A stretch of 64,000 nucleotides of DNA from Octopus vulgaris (Eukaryota), in NCBI GenBank assembly GCA_951406725.2, contig OX597823.1, positions 11,532,001 to 11,596,000 on the forward strand, read 5' to 3'. Shown here in pieces: positions 26,621 to 38,833 of this stretch. The notes under the pieces were generated by a model, which was given only the letters and a program-made list of their open reading frames with translations, was not told where the DNA came from and searched no databases. Within the stretch, counting starts at the first letter, position 1, and the number at the start of each line of letters is the position of its first letter. A program made the position numbers and the translations under genes.

Positions 26621-26940
26621 CTACATAAGCACGTTCATTCGGTTGTTTTGTTTCTTTTATAAACAAAAACATGAATGAGAAATACTGAAATAAATTAAAA
26701 TTTTAGAAAGCCTTTCGATGTGATAATCTATTATACAGTAATGTAAATACATTCCTTCTGCAGTCTTGAAGTGTAAAAGAGAAAGAATGAATTTACTTAA
26801 TTATGTAGTTCAAGCTAAAGGCTTTCTCATATTTAAATGAGAAAAACAGAAGTGTGTGTGTGTGTGCCTACATATATGTATGTATATATATGTGTGTGTA
26901 TTTTGTACTCATTTTAGGCTTTATGTTTTCCTGGGTTTAA

Positions 26941-27160
26941 CCCTTTTGTTACCGTATTTCTGTTGAGACTATGTGTTTCTTTCAATTAATTTTAAATATA
27001 ACAAAGAATTTAGTAAAATAACTTTGTTATCATTAAGCTAGTGTTAGGAACATAAATTGTGACTAAGGTTTGGTGGAAGATTTTAATTCAAAACTTATGA
27101 AAACAAAACATTTGTACTACAGAGCCAGAGGCGATTTCAGCCGGGTTGGTAACAAAAGGG
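26941..27160. mobile_element. Intact piggyBac-type MITE (220 bp)
   Basis: TTAA on both sides; perfect 13-bp TIR CCCTTTTGTTACC/GGTAACAAAAGGG; second copy at 53868. Confidence 0.9.
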
Positions 27161-30100
27161 TTAAAGGTGTTATGCATTCTTTTGAAGAACAATCAGTAGA
27201 TGCAAATTATTCACCCTTTTCCATCTCAGGTGTTAATTTTGGAGATGCTGGATAGCAACAAAGCATTTAGAAAAAAATCGAGATAGAACATAAAAACATT
27301 GTATCAATTTCCATAAGTACACCTATTCAATATAAAATATTCGTTATAATGAGCGAAGGGGAAATAACCCACTGCTTGTATCTAAGAGTTACTGACCTTC
27401 GAAGAAGTTTTGTATTTTTCTTGTCCCATGACAATTTTTTTTACATCCAGTTTTTCTGGATATGTTTAGTTGAAAGCTATTGAAGACCTTGTTTATTTTT
27501 CTTTCCTGTTGTATCGTCCCTGTTTGTAATATTGTTTGCTTCTACTCGTTTGCTACTGCTTCACGTGTTCATAAAATGTTCCACTTTCCCTGTCTCCCTT
27601 CATCCTTAAAAACTTCTTTTTTGTTATTACCTTGTTTGATTTAGTTTATTGAATTCATGTCTTGGAATTTGTAGAAGTAGGTGCTGTGCAATGTAACAGT
27701 TTTTATTCATAATTTTCCCTTGTACAGTCATTCACTGACTCAGCTTCTTTCTCTCTCTTGCCTCTCTCTGTTCTTCTCTTCCTATAAAACAATCGCTCCT
27801 GTGTTACCCAGAAAAAACAGTTTATCTCTGTGTTTGCTTTGTGTTTTGCTCCTTTGCTCTGTCTCTCCTATATCTACAGCCTGCTCCTTAGATTAACCTC
27901 CTGCATGCGCTTGTCTAATCTGAGATATTCAAGCCATTGAAGATTTCTTTTTTGTTTGGTTTGTAGTCAAAACTCTTTCTCTTGTTTTGTGCTTTTGTTC
28001 TGTGATACCTTTGTAAGGCTCCTACTTTTACTATTAAACACTGCTAAACACATTGTGGTCGCTTCTTAAATAGTCAAGACTATATAGTATATTTAGTGGA
28101 GGGCTGATTAAGGATTTGTTCATACTCTGGTGCTTGTGCCACGTAAAAAGCATCCAGTACACTCTGTAAAGTGGTTGGCATTAGGAAGGGCATCCAGCTG
28201 TAGAAACTAAGCCAAAACAAACTATGGAATCTGGTATGGCTCCTGGCCTTGCCTGTTCCAGCCAAGCTGTCCAACCCATGTCAGCAACTAAAATGGACAT
28301 TAAGTGATGGTGATCACACATATACACACACCACGTGTGTGTATATATATATATGTGTGTGTATATGTAAATAAATTAATATATATAATGTTCCCATCTT
28401 TGTCTTTGAAAAGTTTATTTGTTTGTATTTGTTTGTTGCTGCTTCCTATTTAGCTTCTAAGGCCCTGGTGGTGTTTGCCCAAAGTATCAATGTTTGCAAA
28501 GCAAGTGTCTTTACCACCCAGATATGCCTGAAAGCTTGCTATTGGAACTTTCTAGTTTGACTGTGTGGAACCTCCTGAGGTTTGGAAAGTGTCTCTTCTA
28601 TAAGATTTTCAGCCTATAAGATTTATAATCAAAATGGTTTGGGTTTCAAGGGAATAATGATCTATTCTGAAATCTATGACATAGATGTAATGGCATCAAA
28701 TGAAATTTGGTTTGGGTATCTTAGCATCAATAGTTATTCCTTTGAGATTTTTTAATGGTGTTATCTTTTAGAAACCAGAAATAGCTTGTTTTCATAACCA
28801 CACATCTTGTTATTGCTTTTACATATTCATTCCAGTTCATTTTGTGAGCACAGAATGAAAAGATGAATTACTGAATACTGTAAAATATATGAAAGTATGG
28901 AATGGTGATGGGCTTTTTTTCTGTCTTTTACTTGTGCTACACTTTAATTAGAACCTTCATTGATCATCTTCAGATACACATATTTTCTTCTATATTATTA
29001 CTGAAGCTAGAACTCGTATGTATATCTGATATCTGTTGTTGATAATGATGATAGCATTCAGTAAAATGGGTAGTCAGAGGGTTATCCAAGAGTGTCTGCA
29101 TTTCATTTACAAGAAACCTTTTACCTCTGTTTTCTACTCCTCTTTTATAATGCTGCTCCTAGATGAAATATGTCCCCATTCAGGCCCTTAGTGGCAGACA
29201 CTGTTCACACAAAGCATAGTTATGTTTCTAATTTTAGGAGTAAAATTATCAAAATATTCTGTAAAAAAAAAATATTTTGGGGACTAAACCATTGAACTGG
29301 CTGTCACTTCTCATGTTTCTGATGTTTTACTCAATCTCAACTATATAGATTTTCTTAATGAAATAGGTATGTATGTTGTTTATGTTAGCCCCTGATGTTC
29401 TGAATTCAAATTTTGCCACAGTCACCTTGGCCTTTCAACTGTTTGTATTTCCAAATCACTAAAGCTTTGTATCCTAAATAAAAACACATTGTAGAAAAAA
29501 GATATTTTTAGTTGGAGGAAACAACTGTGTGATATTATGGACAACTTCTCTGCTTGAAATTTGCTTTCGATGTTATCCCTCCACCTTCCACAGTAATATA
29601 CCCTTGACGCGAGTTCAGCTTTGTAAGTTACCTTTAATCGTTCACTATAATCAGAGTTGCGCTGAAGAGTTATTTCCCCTTTCAGATTTAAAGGTTTTTT
29701 TTATAAGCATTCTCAACCCTCCCAAGCTTCCTTGTAGGTATTTCAATTTTCTGACCTATCTGACTCGGTCTGGCGGAAAGTGTTGCATGTAGTTGTAAAG
29801 TTGAAATTGATATCAAAAGATATAGACTAGACATATGAAGTAACAAGAATGATTATCTAGAGTAAATATGTCATCTGTATCTCATTTACAAAAATTAACT
29901 ATATTGACATAATTAAACATGTAATTAAACATGTACCTGGCTGTGTGTATTTGTGTCGTAAGTGCTTTTTATCCCATCATTTGCATTTATCATTTTCGTA
30001 TTATTCATTAAGTTTTATCTTAAAAGCTTCAAGGGACAGCATTTTAAGCATTTCTCAGATAGTTACTATTAAAATCCTAAGGAACTTGTTCACTACATAC

Positions 30101-30793
30101 AAACTATTTTGCAGTTATATTTAATGCAAATATCTTTCCAACCCCTGTTTTCCAGTTTTTAATTGCAACTCTATGGTAATCACAAATTAACGTTCTTTGT
30201 CTTTATTGCCTTTCATCAATCACTGGGAAGAGAGAAATATGTGCTTGTATGTGGTTGTATATATGTATGTGGTGCTAATTTCTTCTTTTGTCTCTAACCA
30301 GTCATCACTGAATAGACCTAAAGGGAAAGGTGTTCCAACTATGACCAATCTATTTTGTTTGCAGGCAGTAAAACTTACTTCTCCCTATAAAACAGTAGGG
30401 TGTAATTTGTAGGAGCTTTGACTTCTATTTACAGCAGATCAGCCAACCACATTGATACACCTTTATTCTCTTGCTTCTAATTTGTTTCAACTTACTGGTG
30501 AAGTGAGCTATTGATATATTGTCTTTAGAAATATTTCATTATGGAGATTCAGTCAATTGCTTCTCTGATAAACTTGTAGAAATGCTTATTCCAAAGTTAT
30601 CAACTTCGGTTGTTTTTATGTTTCACATATGTCAATTCAGGAAAATGGTCTGCATCAAGTTTGTGATAAAATCAATGTATTTTATCATATCTCCATTGTT
30701 TGGGATTTGAAATGTCTCCATTATTTTAATCTGAAAGTGTGAGAATTATTGCCTAATATTTAATGTTCTGTTTTCTTTTTCTTTTCATTCCAG

Positions 30794-30970
30794 GAATGCC
30801 TGAAGGCTACCCTAGAATTACTGACCACCCATCATTAAAGGCTGTGGAGAAAGATAGGAATACTATCTTACAATGCCATGCAAAAGGGGAGCCAAAGCCT
30901 TCAATAATTTGGTTAAGAGATTTCATCCCAGTTGACCTCAGCAATCCACGTTTAACTTTACTTGAAGGGG
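30794..30970 (+). CDS. Lar: LAR-family receptor PTP exon, N-terminal part of Ig2 (GMPEGYPRITDHPSLKAVEKDRNTILQCHAKGEPKPSIIWLRDFIPVDLSNPRLTLLEG)
   Basis: Pyrimidine tract then CAG (AG 30792-93); donor G|GTGAGT at 30971; 177 nt, phase 1-1. Translation matches the LAR Ig2 pattern P.G(F/Y)P.I...P.LK.VE..R....C.A.G.P.P.I.W.(K/R)DF.PVD. Confidence 0.95.
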
Positions 30971-31649
30971 GTGAGTGCAGTTATTGTTCCCTCATCCTAT
31001 ATTTAGTATTTGTTGTTGTTTTAATGAAGTTTTAAAAAAATGGAAAAACTTAAATGATTTTTATACGTATCTGAGATTCTATCACATTATTGAAGTAAAA
31101 GCATATAGGAAATTTAAAATGTTCAATGTATCGAAATCTTTAACTCCACTTGAAATGTGTGTGTGCGTGATTGTATGTATGTATGTGTGTGAGTGTGTAG
31201 TGCGTGAGTGTATTCTCTGATAAACCTTTTTGCACTTGGTGATAAGATAAATCCCTTGCTTGTGTTGCTTGTATTATTGCCTTGCTTTTCAAATTTATAT
31301 AAGTTGACTTTTGTTAAATCGACAGATCTTAGATATCTAAAACTTTAGACACCCTCACTTTTTCCTTACCAATTATGAAATAATTAATGCTTTTTCTTTT
31401 TTTTGCACATTTTATTCAATTGTTTCAACATCAAAATTCATAATTTTCTTTGTTATAAATTGCTTGCAGTATGGTCACATTACATATTAAATTCATGTTT
31501 TTTTTTAAAATCTATATTTCTGTGAATTTGCACCCAAAACTGTTTATTTCTCACAACTTCTTAGAATTTACAATCTAATTGTAATTAGATTGAATTACAT
31601 TGATTTAAATCTTAATTAGTTTGGTAAGTCTAGTTCATTTCATTTTCAT

Positions 31650-31893
31650 TACGGCCACGTAAAAGCACCATCCGTTCGTGGCCGTTTGCCAGCTCTGTCT
31701 GGCACCTGTGCAGGTGGCACGTAAAAAGCACCCACTACACTCACGGAGTGGTTGGCGTTAGGAAGGGCATCCAGCCGTAGAAACACTGCCAGATCTGACT
31801 GGGCCTGATGAAGCCTTCCAGCTTCACAGACCCCAGTTGAACCGTCCAACCCATGCTAGCATGGAGAACGGACGCTAAATGATGATGATGATG
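31650..31893 (+). mobile_element. SINE-like family A
   Basis: Family core and (GAT)n tail. Confidence 0.88.
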
Positions 31894-32342
31894 ATATATA
31901 AATAACATAGGAAATAAAGCAAGAACAAAATCTTCTCCCATCTAATTTAGATCTTGACTTATATTGTAACATATAGGATAATAAATCCTATAATTATGCA
32001 AATATGTATATTTTCATATTATTTTCGTTTTATTTTTATTGTTGACAACAATACCTATATCTCTAAAATAAGAAAGTTAGTCATGTAAATTTGTTACTTT
32101 TTTAACAATAAAGTCATGACTAAGTTCTGACAAATTATTGTTTATAATTTAGTTATCTAAGGTGACGATATGTCAGAATCGGTAGCATGCTGGGCAAAAT
32201 TGGTTAGCTGCATTTCGTCCGTCTTTATGTTCTGTGTTCAAGTTCCACTGAAGTGAACTTTGCTTTTTTTCCTTTCAGGGTCAATAAAATAAGTAGCAGT
32301 TGAGCGCTGGGGTCGGTACTTAAAAATTTGAGTAAAAGGATA

Positions 32343-32533
32343 TAAAGATAATAAAAAGTAAAATAAAGATAATAAAAAGTAAAATAAAGATAATAAAAAG
32401 TAAAATAAAGATAATAAAAAGTAAAATAAAGATAATAAAAAGTAAAATAAAGATATTAAAAAGTAAAATAAAGATAATAAAAAGTAAAATAAAGATAATA
32501 AAAAGTAAAATAAAGATATTAAAAAGTAAAATA
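32343..32533. repeat. 21-bp minisatellite TAAAGATAATAAAAAGTAAAA, about 9 copies
   Basis: Visible directly; lies between a decayed family B SINE and a family C SINE. Confidence 0.95.
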
Positions 32534-32695
32534 GGCGCAGGAGTGGCTGTGTGGTAAGTAGCTTGCTAACCAACCACATGGTTCCGGGTTCAGTCCCACT
32601 GCGTGGCATCTTGGGCAAGTGTCTTCTACTATAGCCCTGGGCTGACCAATGCCTTGTGAGTGGATTTGGTTGACGGAAACTGAAAGAAGCCTGTC

Positions 32696-32749
<54 letters not shown>

Positions 32750-32947
32750 ATGTGTGTGTTTGTCCCCCTAGCATTGCTTGACAACCGATGCTGGTGTGTT
32801 TACGTCCCTGTCACTTAGTGGTTCGGCAAAAGAGGCCGATAGAATAAGTACTGGGCTTACAAAAGAATAAGACCCGGGGTCGATTTGCTCGACTAAAGGC
32901 AGTGCTCCAGCATGGCCACAGTCAAATGACTGAAACAAGTAAATGAG
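32534..32947 (+). mobile_element. SINE family C, full length
   Basis: GGCGCAGGAGTGGCTGTGTGGTAAG head, internal (TA)n, GACTGAAACAAGTAAA tail. Confidence 0.9.
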
Positions 32948-33426
32948 AGCAAAATAAACTTATTGCTTACATTGCTTCTTACAAAATCATATTTGCTTTG
33001 CTCCCCTGCAACATCATGATGGAGTCATAGAGACTTTGTCATCTTATACAAGTCCTGGGCATTAGTACACCTGGTTGTACCTAATGCTCTCTAGTTATGA
33101 TTGTAGTCTATTCTTTCAGAAAATAAAAATAAAAAGGAAGTTGAGAGCAAGAGGTAAAGGACTCCAGTGCAGAGCTGCTACATTATTTATTGACTCCAAA
33201 ATGATGAAAGGAAATGTTAGCTGTAGTATGGTTTGAACTCAGATTATGAGGCGAGCTAGAATGATCACTGCAGAGTAATCTATTTAACACTCTTCTGATT
33301 GCCAAATGGCTACCTTAAAATTATATTTACTTAATTAATGTTGGAGACACTCTAAATTACACTATTTTATCCAAAATCTTCATGAATACTATTTAATTGA
33401 AAAACTCTTAAACTGAAACTGTAATT

Positions 33427-33812
33427 GGAAGCACTCCGTCGGTTACGACGATGAGGGTTCTAGTTGATCCGAATCAACGGAACAGCCTGCTCGTGAAATT
33501 AACATGTAAGTGGCTGAGCACTCCACAGACACGTGTACCCATAACGTAGTTCTTGGGGATATTCAGCGTGACTCAGAGAGTGACAAGGCCGGCCCTTTGA
33601 AATACAGGTACAACAGAAACAGGAAGAAAGAGTGAGAGAAAGTTGTGGTGAAAGAGTACAGCAGGGATCACCACCATCCCCTGCCGGAGCCTCGTGGAGC
33701 TTTTTTTAGGTGTTTTCACTCAATAAACACTCACAACGCCCGGTCTGGGAATCGAAATCGCGATCCTATGACCGTGAGTCCGCTGCCCTAACCACTGGGC
33801 CATTGCGCCTCC
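33427..33812 (-). mobile_element. SINE family D
   Basis: Near-identical to 12749-13137. Confidence 0.9.
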
Positions 33813-34326
33813 AATGTGAAACTCTAATGTGAAACTCTAATGTGAAGCATAGTAAGGAAAAAAGGGATTAACTTAATGTCACTAGATGTTTAGAATTAAA
33901 TTGTAAAATGCTTAAATAATATAGTTGTAAGGCTGGTACCAGTAAGATATGATGTGTGAAAAGCAATCATAAATTTGCAAATGTTTTAAATTCTCAACTA
34001 GAGTTTTAAAATTATAGTTATAGATTGTTGTAATCATAGTTATAGAAGTGAAATGGTCAATAACATTGCTCACTTTTAACTAGAGGTCCATAATAATTCC
34101 ATCTAGTGAAATTATATCTAAACTTGTGTCTACTTATTTTAGTAATTTAATATCTGTGCTATCTAATATCCATTTATAGCAAATAAAAATAATCACAATG
34201 ACACTTCTGTGATGTTTGAAAAATTTCTTTTTAGGCTAGGAACATTGAAAGCTTTAAAAGCAGCTGTGTTATCATTGTGAAAGGTAGTTTGCTGCTTAAA
34301 ACAGAGCATGGATAATTAGCTTTTAA

Positions 34327-34562
34327 CCCTTTAACTGTGAAAATTACATTTCATTGTCATTTTAGTTATGATGTTAAATGTCTACCTAAAAAATGGAACT
34401 GATATTGTCTGCAAGTAATGTTGCCTTGATAAACTTGACATATCTCAATAATAAATGGTTTCAAACAGGAAACTCAACAAAATATAGATTTGCATATAAA
34501 ACTGCTTCCCGCAGTTTAGGGCAATGAAATTTTGAGAGGATCTGATTTCTGCAGTAAAAGGG
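34327..34562. mobile_element. piggyBac-like MITE of a different family
   Basis: TTAA|CCCTTTAACTG ... CAGTAAAAGGG|TTAA. Confidence 0.7.
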
Positions 34563-34842
34563 TTAATCACTCACATTATCCAATTTCCGATTAAAACCTC
34601 CAGCTTACCCTTATTTTGCATAATTTTCATCACCACTTCATTAACATTTGATTGAAAACAAACAGTTTTTTTTAATCATTTTTGAAACGTCTTCTGTTAT
34701 AATGAGCAAGCAAGTGCATGAATAGTGCGTATTTTTACTGACACTCCATTTTAATCTGTAAATTTATATGATGAGGAGTTAAGATAAATGAATAGGATTT
34801 GTTAAGATATATTGCGAGAACTATCAAAGTTTTGTCCCTTAG

Positions 34843-34848
34843 TAACAG
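34843..34848 (+). CDS. Candidate 6-nt microexon at the meA position, inserts VT
   Basis: ttttgtcccttAG|TAACAG|GTGTTG; phase 1-1; gives LLEG-VT-GELQI. The pyrimidine tract is short. Confidence 0.2.
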
Positions 34849-35195
34849 GTGTTGTCTCCCCTTTTTTTATTTCTGGTGCGGTGGAGGATACACAGGGCAA
34901 TAACTCCTCTTTGATATAATTGCTTGTGGCATTTCTTCAGAAATTGATTGAATTGAAAAACACTTTCAGTTTAGTAATAAGTAAAAAAAAACAAATTCAT
35001 AATAATAATAATAATGATAATTGGCCTGTTTATTAATTAGCATTTTAATATTTATTTAAATTTCCCACAGACTATATTTACTTAATGGTGGAATCCAATA
35101 GGTGTCACATAGTAAATTTCACATTTATCCTCTACAACACACCCCTTTGCTATGTTATGAAATATTGACATTCCAAATTAGAATCTTATGAAACA

Positions 35196-35260
<65 letters not shown>

Positions 35261-36090
35261 TAATTTCAATATTATCAGATTTTATATATACACATACCTG
35301 ATTCTCATCAGCTACTTACTGAAAATTTCCTGAAAAGTGTCTTTTATTATTACAACCGAGTTCTTGCTGTATTATCTCTGTGAAATGTAGTTCTTGTGTA
35401 AAAGCTAAAAAGAAAAAAGAAAAGATTTTTCTGTTAGTTTTTTTTTTTTTTATAAAAATATTTAGTCTATTAAATAAACTCTTTAGATTTCACTGCAAAC
35501 ATATATCACTCTCAACTAATTATTTATTAATTTTGTCTTTTAACTTTTAATGTTTTATTTCTATCCTTATGTTGGTGCCTTTGCAGTGTTTTGTGTTTTT
35601 CTTTTATTGTTGTTTGGAAAAATGAAAACTGGCTCCTACATAGCAAAGAAATAGTAGTACACACACACACACACACAACGATTTTTAATTCTTTTGCTGA
35701 GAAAGAGGGGCAGCATCTGTAGTCATTGCAAACCCTATAACACTGCCAAGGCCTGTATGTTTACTGTTAGTGTCTGTGAGGAATATGAACTTAGAATATG
35801 CAGCTTTCTGCAGTTTTGTTGGTAATGCAACAGAACATATGCTTTTAAGTCACAGTAGTATCTATGTAGGAGAAGAAAGAATTGACCAAAGCGTTTTGAA
35901 GTAAGGACTGCAAAAAAGTAGTGAAGAAGAAATTTTGGGGCATTGTGGTTGGATTAGTAAATTGAGTTAGCTGTATATATACAGCTTCCTAATTGAGAAG
36001 AGCTGGTAACAGGCACTCTTGTGTTGTAGTCATGGTAGAAAAGATACTAAGAAGAAGAAGATTCATAACTTTGAAGTAGTGGTTGTTGTA

Positions 36091-36434
36091 TATTTTTTCT
36101 TTGGCTAGCTTTTGTCATCACACCCAAAGGCTATCCTAGAGTAATACCCTTCATATGAGGTGCAATTGCCTCTTGGTACTTTGACAAATCACCTTTCTGG
36201 GCGACATAGGAGATGTGGTCAGTAATGTTTTTGCAGCTGTGTAGTCCCAAAGGCTATCCTGGAGTAATACCTTTCATATGAGGTGCAATTGCCTCTTGGT
36301 ACTTAGACAAATCACCTTTCTGGGCGACATAGGAGATATTTTTTCTTTGGCTAGCTTTTGTCATCACACCCAAAGGCTATCCTGGAGTAATACCTTTCAT
36401 ATGAGGTGCAATTGCCTCTTGGTACTTAGACAAA
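36091..36434. repeat. 123-bp tandem repeat, about 2.8 copies
   Basis: cccaaaggctatcct recurs at 36123, 36246 and 36369. Confidence 0.92.
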
Positions 36435-36470
36435 CATTTTATTATGATTGGTTGTTATTAATATCTTAAA

Positions 36471-37518
36471 ATAATTGTTGAAATAAGTTTATAAAGAAAT
36501 GTGAATAATATATCTAATACTACAAATTGTTCCGTTATCAATATACTGGTAGGAAATACCATAAAGATACTATTGTCAGTGTTAAATAGTGGTAAATTCA
36601 CTGGGTCCTGAATGGACAAATCAAATTGTATTATATTTATAAGCAGACATTGAAATAAAAGATTATATTTAATGTTGATCTTAATTTTTCTTATGTAAAA
36701 TAAGAAATTGCTGAAGCTGAATTTGAGATTTCCCCCTCTCTCCAACTGTGTTGGACCCTGTGAAAAAAATGTGTTACTTGTTAGATTTAAAACATTTCTT
36801 CTAATAATTATTTATATAGTTTCAGTTAATTTTAAAATTAGAAGTTTCTTGTGAAAATTGTATTTCATAGCAGTTATGTTATAGGTGTGGTTATTTCTAT
36901 AATTGTTGAAATAAGTTTATAAAGAAATGTGAATAATATATCTAATACTACAAATTGTTCCATTATCAATATACTGGTAAGAAATACCATAAAGATACTA
37001 TTGTCAGTGTTAAATAGTGGTAAATTCACTGGGTCCTGAATGGACAAATCAAATTGTATTATATTTATAAGCAGACATTAATAAAAGTTACCACTTTACA
37101 ACTAAATTTTTATCAATAACTGAAATCCTTCATGTTGTAATACAGGAATAAAATAACTTTTCATTCATTCATTTATTAATTTTAAAACATTTCTTTTAAT
37201 AATTATTTATATAGTTTCAGTTAATTTTAAAATTAGAAGTTTCTTGTGAAAATTGTATTTCATAGCAGTTATGTTAGGGGTGTGGTTATTTCTATAATGT
37301 TGGTTTTGATTGTTCTTTAATGGACACTCTATGAAGAATAGTATTCTGTAGTTATTTACTAAGTCCTTTTCTTTAACCCCCAACTGTAACTGTTTTTGAA
37401 AAGGTCTACACAATCAAAGTCTAATTTGGTTGTTACTTTTCATAATAAAAGTTACCACTTTACAACTAAATTTTTATCAATAACTGAAATCCTTCATGTT
37501 GTAATACAGGAATAAAAT
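36471..37518. repeat. Interleaved local direct duplications (A-C-A'-B-C'-B')
   Basis: 36471-36651 matches 36899-37079; 36786-36903 matches 37181-37298; 37080-37154 matches 37443-37518. Confidence 0.9.
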
Positions 37519-37615
37519 GATGTGTTTGTATTTCATTCTGAGGTGAGTAATTTTAAGAAAATTTTTTTCGCTCGAATACAATTCATTTTAATGTTTTCAT
37601 AATTTTTTAAAACAG

Positions 37616-37726
37616 GAGAACTACAAATAGAACGCAGCCAAGAATCTGACGTTGGCAAATATGAATGCGTTGCAGAAAATGAACATGGAGTTGATTATTC
37701 TTACGCGGCTAACTTATATGTTAAAG
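37616..37726 (+). CDS. Lar: LAR exon, C-terminal part of Ig2 ([37 protein letters not shown])
   Basis: Acceptor aaacAG at 37614-15; donor AAG|GTTTGT at 37727; 111 nt, phase 1-1, in frame with both neighbours. Matches G.LQIE.S.ESD.GKYECVA.N..G..YS..ANLYV. Absent from the ORF track because it is too short. Confidence 0.95.
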
Positions 37727-37932
37727 GTTTGTCATTATTTCATAGTAAAACTTGTGTTTATTTACTAACTGTTTATAAGATATTTATCACAATAAAGATA
37801 AACCACTAATATATTAGATTCATACTAATAAATGATGTGTTTGTATTTATTCTGAGGTGAGTAATAATTTTTATTTTCCCCTTTTTTTTTGTTTCTTTTG
37901 ATTGTATTCCATAACATTAATACTTACAACAG

Positions 37933-37967
37933 AACTGGATCAATTTAGTGGTCCTCACAATAAATGA
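37933..37967 (+). CDS. Candidate exon at the meB position: terminal exon ELDQFSGPHNK* or a 15/18-nt mini-exon
   Basis: 69-nt AG-free zone with a strong pyrimidine tract (37868-37910) ending caacAG. In frame after ANLYVK; TGA at 37965-67; AATAAA at 37959, 37979 and about 38086; weak GT donors at 37948 and 37951. Confidence 0.4.
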
Positions 37968-38833
37968 CTGCTTTATGAAATAAACTGGTTTGCAGTAACG
38001 TTTTAGCTTTGTAATTATTTAGAATTGACTTCTTAAAGATGACTAATTATCTGTTTTAATTCTGTGTGAGGGAGAAAGAGACTTGAAATAAACTAAGTCA
38101 TTTGCATTATGACTTTGGCTTAATGATGGTCTCCTAAACCTTTAGTTATTTCTCTGTCTATTAAAATGTCTTAAAATATCTCATGGCATGAACACTAGGA
38201 CTAAGGGGAGTTTTACGGGTGTGTATCACCCAAATCTATGATTGTTCTCAATGTAGGATAGACTTTGCTGTTGATGCTGAACAAGAGACTATATCAGATA
38301 GTATATGTTGGAAACTTCTTCATCATCATAATAGAGGATGAAGTCCACTCAATGACATTGGTGTCACTAACAAAGACAGACAGCATGAAATTAAGGACCT
38401 ATCAAAGCTAATAGGGGACTGAGCTTTCTGATGTGACATTGGGAAGTGCCTCACCTTTGCAACCAACCTGCTGGTCCACAATTTGTCTCTGTTGAAAAGT
38501 AAAGCAACTCTTTACTCTGTCATTCTTGTTGCCTTTTATGAGTATTAAAGTTAACTCACCATTTAGGGAGTTTAACTTTGACCATCAATCTACTTGTTTT
38601 TCTGGAAGTACATCTTATATAGTTACAGTGCTGTATGCTTAAGTAAATATTGTTACTGATATAACTGAACATAGGCTCTTCAGCTGTGTGTGTGTGTGTG
38701 TGTGTGTGTGATTAAGATTGTGTGGCTTGGGGTTTGTTCTTACTGTGGTACTATGGGAACTTCTCTTATAGTTTCAAATTGACCACTTTGTGAGTGTAAA
38801 TGATAGAAAGAAACACTGTACAGAATTTTATAG

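Noticed and set aside
29594-29622. 29-nt exon-like unit with a good acceptor and GTAAGT
   Set aside because: It has stops in phases 0 and 1 and a junction TGA in phase 2, and it overlaps a diverged repeat resembling about 27357 and 57268.
31620-31623. 4-nt AG|TTTG|GTAAGT in the meA intron, plus an 8-nt unit near 35814
   Set aside because: The pyrimidine tract is poor and it shifts frame alone. Pairing distant units to restore frame is too permissive, which also shows the chance rate for microexon calls.
32238-32774. 178-aa ORF with LFYFLLS repeats that looks transmembrane
   Set aside because: It is a SINE plus the 21-bp minisatellite read on the minus strand.
35540-35660. Strong acceptor ggtgcctttgcAG at 35586
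   Set aside because: The 6-nt exon creates T|GA, and read-through stops in the middle of Ig2. No good donor follows.
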